Of a stretch of DNA of 64,000 bases, positions 13,358 to 27,200 are shown piece after piece (position 1 is the stretch's first letter; each line of letters opens with the position of its first letter). The notes beneath the pieces were generated by a model. The model was given only the letters and a program-made list of their open reading frames with translations. It had not been told where the DNA came from and made no database searches. The position numbers and the translations under genes were made by a program. This DNA comes from Camelus dromedarius (Eukaryota): positions 61,382,001-61,446,000 of the forward strand of contig NC_087437.1 of NCBI RefSeq assembly GCF_036321535.1. The letters run 5' to 3'.

Positions 13358-16300
13358 GTAAGTGATGCACCTGAGGCAGCATTCTCTGGCTGGGGGTGGC
13401 TGACTCCACGGAGCCCATTCAAGGAGCTGGGGCCTGTCATGGAAAGAGAGAGAGAGAGCTGAATGGACAGAAATGGGACAAGGTGGAAGGAGGGAGGGGG
13501 AGAGGGAGGTGGCTAGAGAGGCAGGAAGCAGAATTAGAGACAGAGAAAAGCAGGGAGATGGGTTTGGGGAGTGGGACAGGAGTGGCCTGGTTTGGGGAAA
13601 CCCATTGAGGGAACCAGGGCTTTTTTTGTCAAAAGAGACAGGCAGGTAGAGCTGTAGAAAGAGGGAGAGAGAGTTGAGGAGAGAGAATGACAGAAAAACA
13701 GGAAATCTGGGTAACAGAATCAGAGGAAAAACTTACGGAAAGATGTAAAGTCAGAGGAAAAGACAGGTGAGAAACAGATGAATTGAAGGAAAGTAGATAC
13801 AAAGAGAGAAGGAAATCATAGGCGACAGGCAGACCGAAAGGAAGAGACCAGGGAAGAAAAGAAGCCGCAGGGCTGGGAGAAATACGGCGGGGCTAGAAGG
13901 CAGCTGCGGTGCAGGCAGTTGGCTTCTGCCTCTGATCTTGGGTTTAACAGCCTCCTCTTGGGCAATTTGCTCTCAGGGCAGAACTTGCAGCCCTGGTGTT
14001 GGCCTTGGCCTTGGCCTCCCCCACACCTCCTTCCCCTTTAAATAGGGAGCTGGGGGTGGACCTGGAAGCAAAGCCCTTTGGAGAAGTTCCACTTGGGCCC
14101 CCCAGTCCTCTCCCCACCACTTTCCAAGCTGCCCCTGTGGCCCCCGAACCAAGTTTCCTTCTGTATTTCTGGGTGTCGGAGTCTTCTGAGCCTCTGGGGC
14201 CCAGGAGAGGGTGAGGAGTCAGGACCCCAAGCCAAAGATATTATCACAGCTCCTTCCCCTCCTCAGCAGGCCTGGGGAAGCCTTCACCCAAGGAATCATT
14301 TCTTGGGGAGTGGGTCAGAAGAAACACACTCTCTTACAGGTAGTAAGAGGCACGATGCCAGAGATGTGGAAATGTTTAAGGTCTTGGTTAAGAGCAAACA
14401 GAACACTCACCACCTCCACAAGGCTCCAACCCCCACATCCTCCCTACTCATCACACAGTAAGGAAACGGAGGCCAGAAGGAGTCTTCAGAGCTTGCAGCT
14501 ACCAGCCCCTCACGGTCTATTCCTGGGGGTAAAATAGACTAAGGGCTGTCTGTGGGAGTCACAATCATGGGCAATGGGGGGAAGGCACCTTGGATTTAGG
14601 GACCCTGGGAACAGTCTTGGCTTTGCCACCAACTGATCTGGTCCTGTGACCAGGTCATATTGTATCTCTCTCCAGGCCTCAGTTCCCCTACATGAAAAGC
14701 AGGGTGGTAGATGGCTTGACCTCTGGATTCCTAAGTTTTGACGTTTTGTGGATTCCTCAGTTCCTAAGTTTTGACATTCTGTGATTTAAAGTCAACACAA
14801 AAAGTGTTCAATACCAGCTGCATACTCAGCCCTGGGTTGTCAAGCTCAGGAAGAGCCAGAAAGTGGGTGGAGAGGAGCCCGCAGGGGCCAGAACCGGGCT
14901 GGGAGTAGGTAGGAGAAGCCGAGGCAGGGAGTGCTGCGGTGTGAGCAAAAGGAGGACCATGAAGGTGGAAGGGGGTCCCCACAGTGGCCCTGAAGCCGTG
15001 CAGGGCTGCTCTGGAGCGCTGAGTCCTGTGTGTGGTTAAAAGGCACAGAACGGAGCAGGGCCAGGAAAGGAGGGGGAAGTGGGGTGGGAAGTGGCCCCCC
15101 AGGCATGTGATTGAGCAGTAAGAGGACCTTGGAGGGAACAGTAGTCTCCGCAGGGATGGACAAGGGAGCCCCCCACATCTGCCTGGGGCACGGGTTCTGA
15201 GAGAGTGGGAACTGGTCAGTCCTGTTCCCTTGGCTCCCTGATCGGGGGTTATGGGTGACTTGCCTATATTGGAATCTAGGGTCTGTTTCCACACTTGCTG
15301 TCAGCACCCTCGCCCGTGCTTGGATCATCCCTGGAGCAGGTGTTGGAGCCTCCGCCCCAGGTTGGAGGGAGGAACCTCAGGGTTTCCACGAAGGTGCTGC
15401 AGGGAAAGGGCTTTCTTAGGGAAAAGCCCTGGCTCTCAAAGGAGGAAGGGGAGAAGAAGCATGGACAGAGGTGGGCTGAACAGGGAGCCGGCAGAGACTT
15501 GGGGCCTCCCGGTGGCTCCCGGCAGGAATGATTCAGAAGGAAGCCTGGCAGCCCTGATTCCACACTTTCTGCAAGGAAACTGGATCAAAATAAGCCTTAG
15601 TCTCCAATACAATCAGTAGCCCAGTAACTGAGGGGCTACCCACCGCCCTGAGCACCACTGAGGGGTCATGAGACTGTGGCAAGTGCAGGACAGTGGAGAT
15701 CCGCAGTCTCGGGGGGGCCCAGGGGGAGGCTCTCCCACCCCACCTTGCAGAGAACCTCTCCTCTGTGTCGGCCTGGGACAGGCGTACGCAACTCGCCAGC
15801 AAGGGCATCCAAACCTTCACAGGCCGCCGTCCCGCCCCAGGAAACCCTCCCTGTGCTGGGGGACACCAAAAGGAGAGAATCCCTGAACAAGGGGTCCTGA
15901 CAGGAGGATCAATCAAATTTAGGCCAATGGCTCAGCAAAATGTACAGCAAAGAGCAGGAACTTCACATCAGTAAACCCCTCTCAAGGTTGCCACTTACCA
16001 GCCCAGAGGACGTGAGAAAAGAACCTTTAGCTCTGTGTCTTCAATTGGCAAAATTAGTCAAATGGAAAGAAGCTAGTTCATAGGATTGTGGGGAAGATAA
16101 AACAAGGCCGTATCTGGTTTAAGTAGAAGAGCCATAACCTCTTGTTTGAAAGAGGGACCGCTGCATTTAGGGCCGGGAGACCCGGCAGGAGGGCTGGAGC
16201 CAGCATGGAATGGGCACCTCTGTTGGCTCGGATGCATGCCCATTCATCCAAGGATCTATGAGCTCTACAAAGCCACCCCCGTCCTTCCTGTGGATTTGCA

Positions 16301-19300
16301 AGGGCACACTTGGTTTATTTAGAATGTGGTCTATGGACCACATTTTAAGAATCACTGGCTTCTGGCTGAGCGGACGCTGAACGCCAGGCCCGCCGTCGGG
16401 CAGAGGCCCCACTTGCCGACACAGCGGCCGCACGGCTCCTTGCGCAGTCTCCTCCAAGCCTTCATTTTCTGGGCTCAGCTCCCGAGGCTGAGGCTATCCC
16501 GGCAGGGTGTGACACGCCGGAGATTCATGCCTCCATTGCCAGGAGAGGCCAAGAAGCAGTTGGCCTTTTGTGTGCTCAGACAAGTGGTTTGCTACTGTGG
16601 CTGTTTGATTTCACGTCACTGCTGAATGCTTCGCATAACGGAGTGCGCGGACCCACCTCTCCCAAGGCCAGGACTGAAGAATTTCCAGGCCATCTCTCTT
16701 CCTAGTTCCAAACTTTCCCCTTCTGCCAGACTGAATTCATGGCAAACAGACACTTAGTTGTTGTCGTGTCCCCGTTCCCAGCACAGCGCCGAGGACTTGT
16801 GTTGAACTCAATTTGTCAGCACTTCATAGAGGTCTAAATAGTCAACGTTTTCCTTGAGACTTCAAAGCGGCCCCAGGAACTGGGTGTCATGTTTGCTCAC
16901 AGGCCTCTATAGTCGTGGCCATGCTTATACAGAGGGCACTGGCTTGCGTGGCGGGCAGCTCAGTCCTCCACGTCTGCATCTTTAAAGTCTGCATAGGCAT
17001 CTATGTTCTGTATAGATGCCTCCAACTAAAACTGCAGTTTGAGTTCCCAAAGTCCTGTTGACAGTGGGCTTGGGGGAATTCAGAATCAGAAGGAGCGTGG
17101 AGTATTTATTCACTTGCTTGTGCCAAGTGCTCTGGGCACGAAGATAACGAAGTCATGGTTCCTGCCTCCAAAGCTTGTGTCAGGTCCCATGGCCCCCAAG
17201 GTCCCCAAAAGCAGGGCAGTTGGGCTTAGAAGGCAGGTCCCCTGACGCCTTGGTCAGCACTGGTTTGCACTGCAGCACACAAGCCTGGCTCATCAATGGG
17301 GGAAGAACAGAAGCACTCACACCTGCGATATTCACTCATTCATTCATTCATTCATTCATACATTTGTTAATTAAACAACTATTTAAGGAGTGTCTCCTAT
17401 GTGCCTGACATTGTTCTGGGGCAACACTGTGTGAAGACAGTGAAGAATGGAACAGACGGGGCCCAGCCTCCTAGAGCTCAGATCTGGTATACAGAGAGAC
17501 AGGAAATAATTACAGAAAAATTCCCCGCCACAAGTGTGGTGTTATGTTGAACAAGCATTACAATGAGAATAAAACAGGGAAACTTCATGTAGATTAGTGA
17601 GTCCACAAGGGCCTCTCTGAGGAAGTGCTGTACATGCGAGCTGAGACCAAAGGCTGAGTAGTAAGCGAGGTGCACTTCAGGGGTGGGGAGCAGGAGCCAG
17701 GTAGGGGAAGATGCGCCGACCAAGGAAAGATCTTGATGAGCCTTTGGAGGACCTGAAAGAGGTAGGCAGGTCTAGATGATGCATGGCTTATAAGCCAGGG
17801 ACTGGATTGTGGAGTTTAAGGAACTGAGAGGGGCAGACCAGACAGTAAGGAGTTTCAGGTAAAGGAGTGACATGATCAGATTTGAAGTTTGGAATGGTTG
17901 CCCTGGATATTGTGGTGGAAAATGGATTGGAAGGTGGCAAGAGTGAAATGGAAACCAGTTAGGAGCTGACTGCGGGAGTCCAGGCAGAAGGTGCTGTGGC
18001 TTGGCCCGGGGGTAGCCGTGGAGCTCTGGGAAGCAGGTGGAGAGCTGTGAAAACAGCAGCAAGCAGAGGTTCTGCCGTAAAGAGGACACAGTCACAGGGA
18101 TTGCTGCCTTTGACAGGATCTCAGAAGTTTGTAGAGACCAAGATAACAGGCAGCACATGGTACCATTTATTAAGTTTACATATCGAGTTAAGCATTTTAC
18201 ATACATTAACCAACTCGTATTATTATTATCTGCCATCTCCACACTTTTATAGATAAGGACCCCAGGTAGCTTGCCCAAATCATACAGCAAATGGTGATCA
18301 GTTTGACTGTGGAATACACATTCTTAACCACTCCATGGCCTTGTCTCCATTGCTTGTCATGTCGGGCTCAGAAAGGACTTTGTTGGGGGCATCATCTGTC
18401 TACATCTGTCTACTACATCTGTCTGGAATCACAGTTAAAAACGACAAACACCAAATCACAATAGTTGATATGATATTGCTATCCAGCTTCATTCTCTTCT
18501 CCCCCAAGTTAAGAACCAGCTGACCTGTGTTCAGAGGAATCAGAGTACTGGAAAAGTCACTGGCGTCATTACAGCTTTCTCAAGCCTTTCTTCCTTTTCC
18601 TCATCAGTAAGTGGGGCCACCTCCTTTGAGCTGACCACAAAACATTCGGTTAATAACACCAAGGAAATTCATTTAGAATTCATCGTTCACAGCTGGCTCC
18701 AAAGCAAGAACCTTATCTCTCCTTTCCAGCTGTACCCACTGAAGTCACACCACAAACAATGCCTATCGACCCACCATTTCTTCACCTTTGATACCGCCAC
18801 AGGTCATTTGATTTCATTTCTCCCAGCATCTGATGTGGCAGCACCAAGGTTACCCTGGTGATAACCCCAGAAGACCTAGAACTACGCCCAAGAAGCGTAA
18901 CAAAAAACCCCAGCATTGATCATATGCTCACCAGCACAGCTCCAACTTGCCTTTTCCTCCACGCCCTCCTCTCCTCGGAAATTCCACCTCCAGCCTCCAC
19001 CATCTTGGTTTTGGAGATTATGTCTCCCTGGCCCCATCAAGGCAGGCACACCCTCCCCGCCTAGGGTGGCCCTCAGGAGTTTGGCTACCTTCTGCTGCAG
19101 TGGTGTTCACACCACCTCGGCTGCAATCATCATGCTGGCCTCCTCTTGGCCTCGGGACCACCCCTGGACCAACGTGACAGTTACAGAAGAAATAGGTGCA
19201 TTGTCACCCTGTCTCCAACCTCAGCTGGAAGAGCCAAAGACCAGAGGACAGGGATACATGAGTTCATTCACCCAGCAGATGTCTGTGGAGTAATTCCTGT

Positions 19301-22300
19301 GCGCCATCCGTCATTCCAGGTGCTGGAGATACCGCGAGATCAGTTATCCTAAGGGCATTTTGAGTTAGCGTCTTTCCTCATCTTGAATTCTAGGAAAAAT
19401 GGAGGAAAAATACCCAGCGGACACAACACTGGTCACAGTTTCTGTTTCCTCTAAAATAACAGCAGGAAACCACAAACCACAGACACCACCTCCGTTGTCA
19501 TCCATCACAGCTCCTACAGCAGGGGCTCCAATAACCATCACATCCATCATCTAACACCAACCAATCATCCCTGAGGTGCAGCTCCCAAACACTGACCACA
19601 GAGGGGCAGAAGCCTGAAATCACCCACAGCCCAGGAACCTCTCAGAAATGTCAGCCTTTGGTCACCAAGAATTTCTGAGAGGACCGCAGTCTTCATCCTT
19701 GGTCCTGGGAAGCGCAGACCCAGCTGCGCGTGAGCAACAGTTCCTATAACCTCCTTCCTCCTCTGTGAGAGGGGGTGAAGCTGCACCTGATGAGGAGGGG
19801 GTTCTGACCCGATACCGAGACTAACACACACACAGGAGGCCTGTGGCTCCCACGTAGGATGGCAAGACTGGTGGCTCTGCCTCTTTCCTCCAGCTTCTTC
19901 ACACCTTTCAGGGCACCTGCTGCCCACCTGGGAGTCAGTTTTCTCTTCAAGTTTATCCTTGCAGTTGGGTGTTTTCCCTGACTGTACACTGCCCTCGGCA
20001 CAGCCTGGGGAAATCACTGCAAATCAGGAAATAACAGCAGAAAAGTGAAACTTGGTGGATGACAAGGCTTACGGGTTTCTCACCTCTGGTTCCAGAAATA
20101 ACTCAAGACAAACAAACTAGGCATTAAGAATAAACCTCTGCCCACATATACACAAGCAAGACCCAGGCTTTGTTTGCTCTTCAGAGAGTGACTTCAGCAC
20201 TCTGTGGGAACGCTGTCTCCCGTCACCACCTCTGCCACCACTCCTTCACCTGAGTCAACAACACACCCATCACGTCCTCATACCTGTGGAGTCACCAGAG
20301 GGCCATGCAGGAGCAACAGCATCACACTGGCCGCCCCTGCAGCCCTGGGAGGCCCAAGACAACAGCTGGACTTCTCCCCCAGACACGGCTCTCTGACTGC
20401 AGTGGGAGCAGAGACATCCATGGAGACTTCCAGAACTCAGAGTGAGGGATGCCCCACCTTGGTGCCAGCTCTGGTGCCCTCCCCATCCCTAGATGCAGGT
20501 GCCTTCTCTGGAAGAACGTCTTTAAAACGATCCATTTTACATGATACCACACATTTGTCTTCTGACTGCAGTCTGGTCCCCACAAGGGGTCAACCGCCAT
20601 CACAACTCACTCTGACGTCGTCACAGATAAGGAGATACCAAGGAAATTGGGAGAAATAGCCTGATGTCACTTGCCCCTGAAAATGTGTCAGACTCGTCCC
20701 CAGGCTGAGACCACCCTGCATGTGATAGGCCAAGAACTCAGGGCAAGTTAGTCACCATCCTTTACTTTAGTTCCCTTGAGGTAGGGTTAGAAGAGCATAA
20801 AATGTGGAGAGGCCAGGCACTCAGTGACAGTGCTGCAGCTGAGCAATAGCTCACACCTTCCAGGTCTTGGGTTTTTCTTACCTTTGAGCCCCAGCCCATC
20901 ACTGACAAGATATGCAATACTGGGCAAGGCAGCCTCTCCAAATGTCAGTTTCCTCATCTGTGAAACGGGGGTACTATTAACTAAGAAAAGCCATAAAGCA
21001 TCAAAATTTTTATTATTTACAGAGTCAAAATGTGTTTGGTGAGAGAAGTATGAAAGAAATTCCTACTCCCAGCAGCGTAGGTCAATTAATCACAAGTCCG
21101 TTGACACTCGGGAACTCAAAGTGAAGACAGTGTCTCCCACAGAAACCGCCTTTAGGGTAGAAATGCCTTGGTAATGGGCATTCCCGGCTACAGAAACCAT
21201 TCTCAGTGCAGACAGACCCACTGACAAGACTCAAACACTCTTCTCAGCCAGCTCCTCATGGCCTCGCTCTGAGGACCCATGTTTCAGGACCTTGGTTTCC
21301 TTATCCGTCGTGAGAGGATGACAGGAACAATTCCAGCCGCCAGTCTCCATGGCTCTGAAAAAAGTTAGACCCAGGCCCTTAGGATCCAAGCAGTTGCCTC
21401 CTAGGGCAGGCAATCCAGCACTTTCTAAAGTGATCGCTGCTACGGAGGGGCTAGGAGAAACTCTCCTTCCTGGTCCCCAGAGCGGAAGATCAAGCTGGCA
21501 GCGGTGTGTGCAAGCTGAGGCAGGGTAGGAAATCGAGGGGTCAGGAAGAGCAGTTAAGAGGCAGCTGCAGGGCGACGGGGATGGCATAGCTCAAGTGGTA
21601 GAGTGTGTGCTTAGTGTCCTGAGTTCAATCCCCAGTACCTGCATTAAAAACAAATAAATAAGTAAATCTAATTTCCCCCCCCCCAAAAAAAGAGGCAGCT
21701 GCAACAGTTCGAGTGATGAGGATAACACAGCAAAGGGGACAACTGACCACGTGGGAGAAATCGTTGGGAGGAACAGCAGTTGGTGCCAAACTATGTTGTT
21801 GGCAACAAGGAAGAGGAAGGAATCAAAGATGACTCGGGTTTCTGGTTTGAGTATCTGGGGGACTGAGGTTACAATTAACATAAGGAAGGTAGATGAAATA
21901 GTTTGAGAGAAAGTTCGACATGGATGTGTTGCATTTGACAGGCCAGCCAGGAAATGGCTGGAAAGGTGAGTCTGGAAAATAGATGTGAAGTCAGGGGAGA
22001 ATTGTACATGTGTGAGGTGTGAAAAGAGATGCAACAATTTAGCCAGAGAGAAAGTGCAGAGGGAGAGGGAAAGGGCTCGAGATGTGACCCCCAGAAGCTC
22101 GACTTCCTTGGGAGCTGGGAAGAGGCCAAGGGAACAGAAGGAACAGGGAAAGTGTGCGGAGAAGAATCCTTCAGCCTCCAGGAGGGCAGCACTGTGCAAA
22201 TACCAAGGGGACGCTGGTCAAGGAGAGAATATTGAGGTGGATGCTCAAGAAATATTTGTTGAATGAATGAGTGAATGGTGCCACATTTTTCAGAAATTAA

Positions 22301-22703
22301 TAGGAACTGAGAAGAAAATTGGTTTTGGTGCTTAGGAAGGAGATTTGGGGTAACTTTTGGGAAAAGCGTTTTCTGTGAGGTGATTAAGCTGGAAGAAAGT
22401 GTAAAGAGTAGATGATGACAAAGGAAGAAGTGGGGAGTGGAGACCCCTCTTTCAGACGGGATGGGGCATGCTCAGGGTGGTATGGCTGTAGACAAGACCC
22501 CTCTTTCAGGATGCTCGTGGGTGAAACAAAAGATAGGGATACAGAGGACACAATAGGAACGAAAGACTTTTATTTTAGGTCAAGAAAGACCTAAATATGA
22601 TTGTCAGTGGGAGAGAAGGAGCAAAGCAGAAAGAGACTCTTCGACGGAGACAAGCGACAGACTCAGCCATCCCAGGAGGGAGTGGGGCAGACAGGGGCGC
22701 ACA

Positions 22704-22738
<35 letters not shown>

Positions 22739-24255
22739 CAGTGAAGATGTAGCCTTTCTTTGAGGGCAGGATAAAGTGCATGGTGAAGACAGACATTTCC
22801 TGCTGGAGAGGGTCCTGGACATCGAAGGAGATCAAGTTAGATGGCTTTGGTGTTTTCCGTAAAGTGGAAGATGGCGTGTCACAGAGAAAGGAGGGGAGGG
22901 GTGGGAAAACCCTGTTTCTCTCAAATATGGACTCTTCACAGTCAAATCCTTAGTTCTCTGCTTTGCAGATAGGTTCTGTATTTGGCCAGGGTGAGAATGT
23001 TAGGCTTCCTTTGTCTAACAATCTGACGAAAACCGAAAAGGGCTGCCACGCGTTCTGCTAAAAGACACAGTCAGTTCATTCCAACAAAGCTTGAGTAACA
23101 AGAATAAGACTGGGGATGTGCTGTACACCAGAAATTGACACAACATTGTAAACTGGCTATAATTCAACAGAAATAAATAAAGAAGAATAAGGCTGAGAAT
23201 ATTGTTTAAAACAAAGCTTGGTCGAGACCCTGCATTCCTGTGCCTCACAACTTCAGTAAGGTGGTTTTAGCTTATGAAAAACTTTTAAGAGCAGTGTTTC
23301 TTAAAATGTGGTCCATAGAGTCACTGTGGGCGTGTGTTAAAAGGCAGATTCCGGGATCCCGCCCCATACCTGGGGTATCCGGGTGAGCGTTAAAGCCCAG
23401 AATGTATTCTGACAAGCTCCCGCCGGGATTCAGATGCACCCTATCTTTTGGGAACCACTTTCTTACCAAAAAGAACTTCTCTATAGCCCTGCCCCGCCAC
23501 AGGATTTCTTGCCTGAGAATAACCTACTCAAGTTTACTAGTCTGGGTTACCTGCAAACTGTTTTCATAAATAGCTAAATAATCCATTGAAGAAGCAGCTT
23601 AAGATTTATTACTTAAATGGTGGTGAAAGACAAATACAATACCGTAGTTTTGATGTAACTAACGCTAATCTCTTCCTTCTAACAACAAGACCGCCAGATT
23701 TAGAGCCTTGTTAAGACTGCGCCTCCTCCCCTACACAATAAACCTACATCATCGGCGTGAAGGGGCTCACTAGCCTCCCGATACGCTGGAGCAGGAGGCT
23801 CTGATCAACTCAGCCCACAATTAGCAAGGGCTTTAAACAATGATTCAGAAGGACACAGTCTTGTTTGACAAGATTTAAAATTAGTACTGCCAAGCCGAGA
23901 TTTTTCTCAAAGGGAGAGGGTATTGGGAAACATTAACTGTCTCATAAACTGACTGGGGCTGTGAATTGGCATGACCTCTCTGCAGAGAAATTCGGCAGTA
24001 TGTGTGAATGATGTAAAAACTTTTATAACAGCATTAAGCAGCAATCCCACTTACAGAGATTTATGTCGAGGAAATGAGCTGAAATAATGAAACCAAAACA
24101 AAATATTATACATCAAGGCTTTATTTATTATAGCAAAGCACGGGAAACAGCCTAAATGTCCAACAGTTAGTTATTTATGGGCTTTCCCAGTGATGGAGTA
24201 TTATTTAATGTAGAAAGACAATGTCCAGTGTTTCATAAGGGGCACAGACTCTCTG

Positions 24256-24295
<40 letters not shown>

Positions 24296-27200
24296 GCATA
24301 CTGGCAACACATGGAACAAACATAAAGTAAGGTTTATTAAGGAAAAACAAGCACAGAAGCAGTAGAGTGCACACGATGGTGAGCGCTCCTCATCTCACAG
24401 AGAGGTGTTTACAGCAGGACCCCTGGGAGGAAGTCCTCTAGGAGAGAGGCCTGCCCCTGTGCTGCTGCTGTTTGTAGGGAAATGGGGATGGCAACAGTGG
24501 GAGTTTTCAGTCTGAGGGAATGGCTTTGTCAGGAAAGGGGGCCTCCGGAATGCAGCAAGCAGTATTTACACACAACACCCAAGATCTTGCTGTTGACCTT
24601 TGGCGGCCCAGTCCCACTGAGCCAACACCTCCACACCTACAAAAGGAGGAAGAGAAAGAACCACCATCCAAGACAGAAAGAATTTGTCTTTCTTCAGGCT
24701 GTATTTACAAACTTTTTAAAAGCAGGAAGAAATGCTACTGATCCCTGGTAAAGTTTTTAAAAGGATACAAAGTCCTATATACTAGGTAACTTGAACTAAA
24801 TCTTTTTTAAAGCATAGGAAAAAATCCTAGAAGATACATAACAATGTAGTTGTCTGCATAGTGAGACCGTGGGGTTTTGGTTTTTCAATGATCTATATTT
24901 TACAACTTTTAATATAATGAGTATATCTTCTTTAATATATTTTAATATTGTTTAACTTTGTCCACAAAGATTAAGCACATCTTTTGTTAGATTTATTCTT
25001 AGGTACTTTATATTTGTCACTATCATAAACACTATAATTAAAATGTTTTTTTTTTTTGCTAATGTATGGGAATGCAGTTATTTTAAAAGTTTTGATCATA
25101 AATGTAAAACTTTACTAAAGATTTATAAATTTAAAGAGGTTTTCTATATAAACAAATAAATCATCTGCAAATAATCACAAGTTTGTTTCTTCCCTTCCAT
25201 ACCAAAAAGAACTTCTCTATACCTTCATATCTTTGTTTACTTTTCTCATTTTGTTGCACTGGCTAGACTACAAGCATAATGTCGAATACAAGTAGTTACT
25301 GCTGGCATCTTGGACTCCTTCTGAATTTGAAAGGAAATATTTCCAATTTCCAATATTTAAGTATGATGTTTACTATAGGGTTTTATTGATATTGTTTAGC
25401 AGGTTAAGGGAATTAATTTCTGTTTTTAGTTTGCTAGAAATTTTAACAGGGGTGAGTATTGAATTTTACCCAATTTTTTTCCTGTATCTGTTGTGATGAT
25501 CATGTTTTCCCTTCCTTCTGTTTATATGGTGACTTACATTAAAAGCAGTTTCATATTATTCTTGTATTTCTGATGTAATCATGATGTATTTTTTATAAAT
25601 CAAATATTGAATTTGACTGGCTAATATTGTGTGTAAGACGTTTCCATCTATATATTACTGAGATTTATTGCTTTGTTGTTTTCCTTTCTTCTTATTATTA
25701 TTATTTGTGTTTTGGTTTTAGACCAATCTAACTAAATTAGTTGTGGAGCATTTCCTCTTTTACTAAACCCTGGAAGAGGTTGTATAAAATTGAAATTATC
25801 TATTTCTTGACTATCTGGTAAAATTGCCTATAAAATCACCTTAACCTAACTTTTGTGAGGGATGGGCTTTTTTTCCTTTTAACTGATGATTCAATTTAAA
25901 ATAGTTTATATTCAGGTTTCTTATTTTTTCCTCAATTCATTTTTCTTTTCGATTTTTTAAATTGTGGTAAAATATGCGTACGTAAAATTTACCGTCGTAA
26001 CTGTTTTTAAGTGTACAGTCCTGTGACATTAAATACATTCATAATGTTGTGGTCCTGTCACCACTGTACATCTCTAGAACTCTTTTCATCTGTAAAACTG
26101 AAACTCTGTACTCATTAAACAATAGCTTCCCATTTCCCTCTTCCCCCAAGCCCTGGGCAACCACCATTCTACTTTTTGTCTTAGTGATTTTGACTAGTGT
26201 TCAAGTACTTCATATTTGTGAAGTCATACAACGTTTGTCTTTTTGTGACTTAGCTAATTTCACTTAGCAAATTGTCATCAAGATTCATCCATGTTGTGGC
26301 ATATGTTCAGATTTTGTTCCTTTTTAGGCTGAATAATATTCCATTGTACTTATAAGACCACATTTGGTTATCCGTTCATCTACTAATGGACACTTGAGTG
26401 CTCCCATGTTTTAGCTATTATGAATAATGCTGCTATGAACATGGGTATACAAATACCTCTTCAATGTATTTCAGTTCTTTTGGATATACATCCAAAAGTG
26501 GACTTGCTGGATCATACAGTAATTCTCTTCTTAATTTTTTAAGGAAATGCCATACCATTCCTGCCATACTGACTACAAAATTTTACGTTCCCACCAACAG
26601 GGCTCCAATCTGTACAAGGGTTCCAATTTCCCCATATCCTCACCTGCAAACAGAGATGATTTTACTTCTTCCTTTCCAGTTTGGATGCCTCTTATTTCTT
26701 TTTCTTGCATTATTGATTTGACTAGAACTTTCAGTACTATGTTGAATAGAAGTGGAGAAAAGTGGACATCCTGGATTTTTTCCTGATCTTAGGGAAAACA
26801 TTTGCAGTGCTTCACCAATGAGTGTGGTATTTGCTGTGGGACTTTCACACCTGAATTTCATACATGACTTTCATTACATTGAGGTAGTTTCCTTCTACTC
26901 CTAGTTTGTTGAGTGTTTTTATCGTGAAAGTGTTACTGAATTTTGTCAAATGCTTTTTCTGCATCAGTTGCGATGATCATGTCATTTTCCCCCCTTAATT
27001 CTGCTCATGTGGTATGTTACAATGATTGGGTTTTGTGTGCTGAATCATCATTGTATTCCAGGAATAAATCTGACTTGGTCATAGTGTATAATCCTTTCAA
27101 TATGCTGCTGAATTCGACTTGCTACTGTTTTGTTGAGGATTTTTGCATTAGTTTTCATAAGGAATATTGTTATAAGGGATGTAGTTTTCTTTTCTTATAG

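Noticed and set aside
14764..15974. Overlapping 70-176 aa ORFs on both strands in intron 1
   Set aside because: GC-rich sequence with few stops; no recognisable domain or consistent splice structure.
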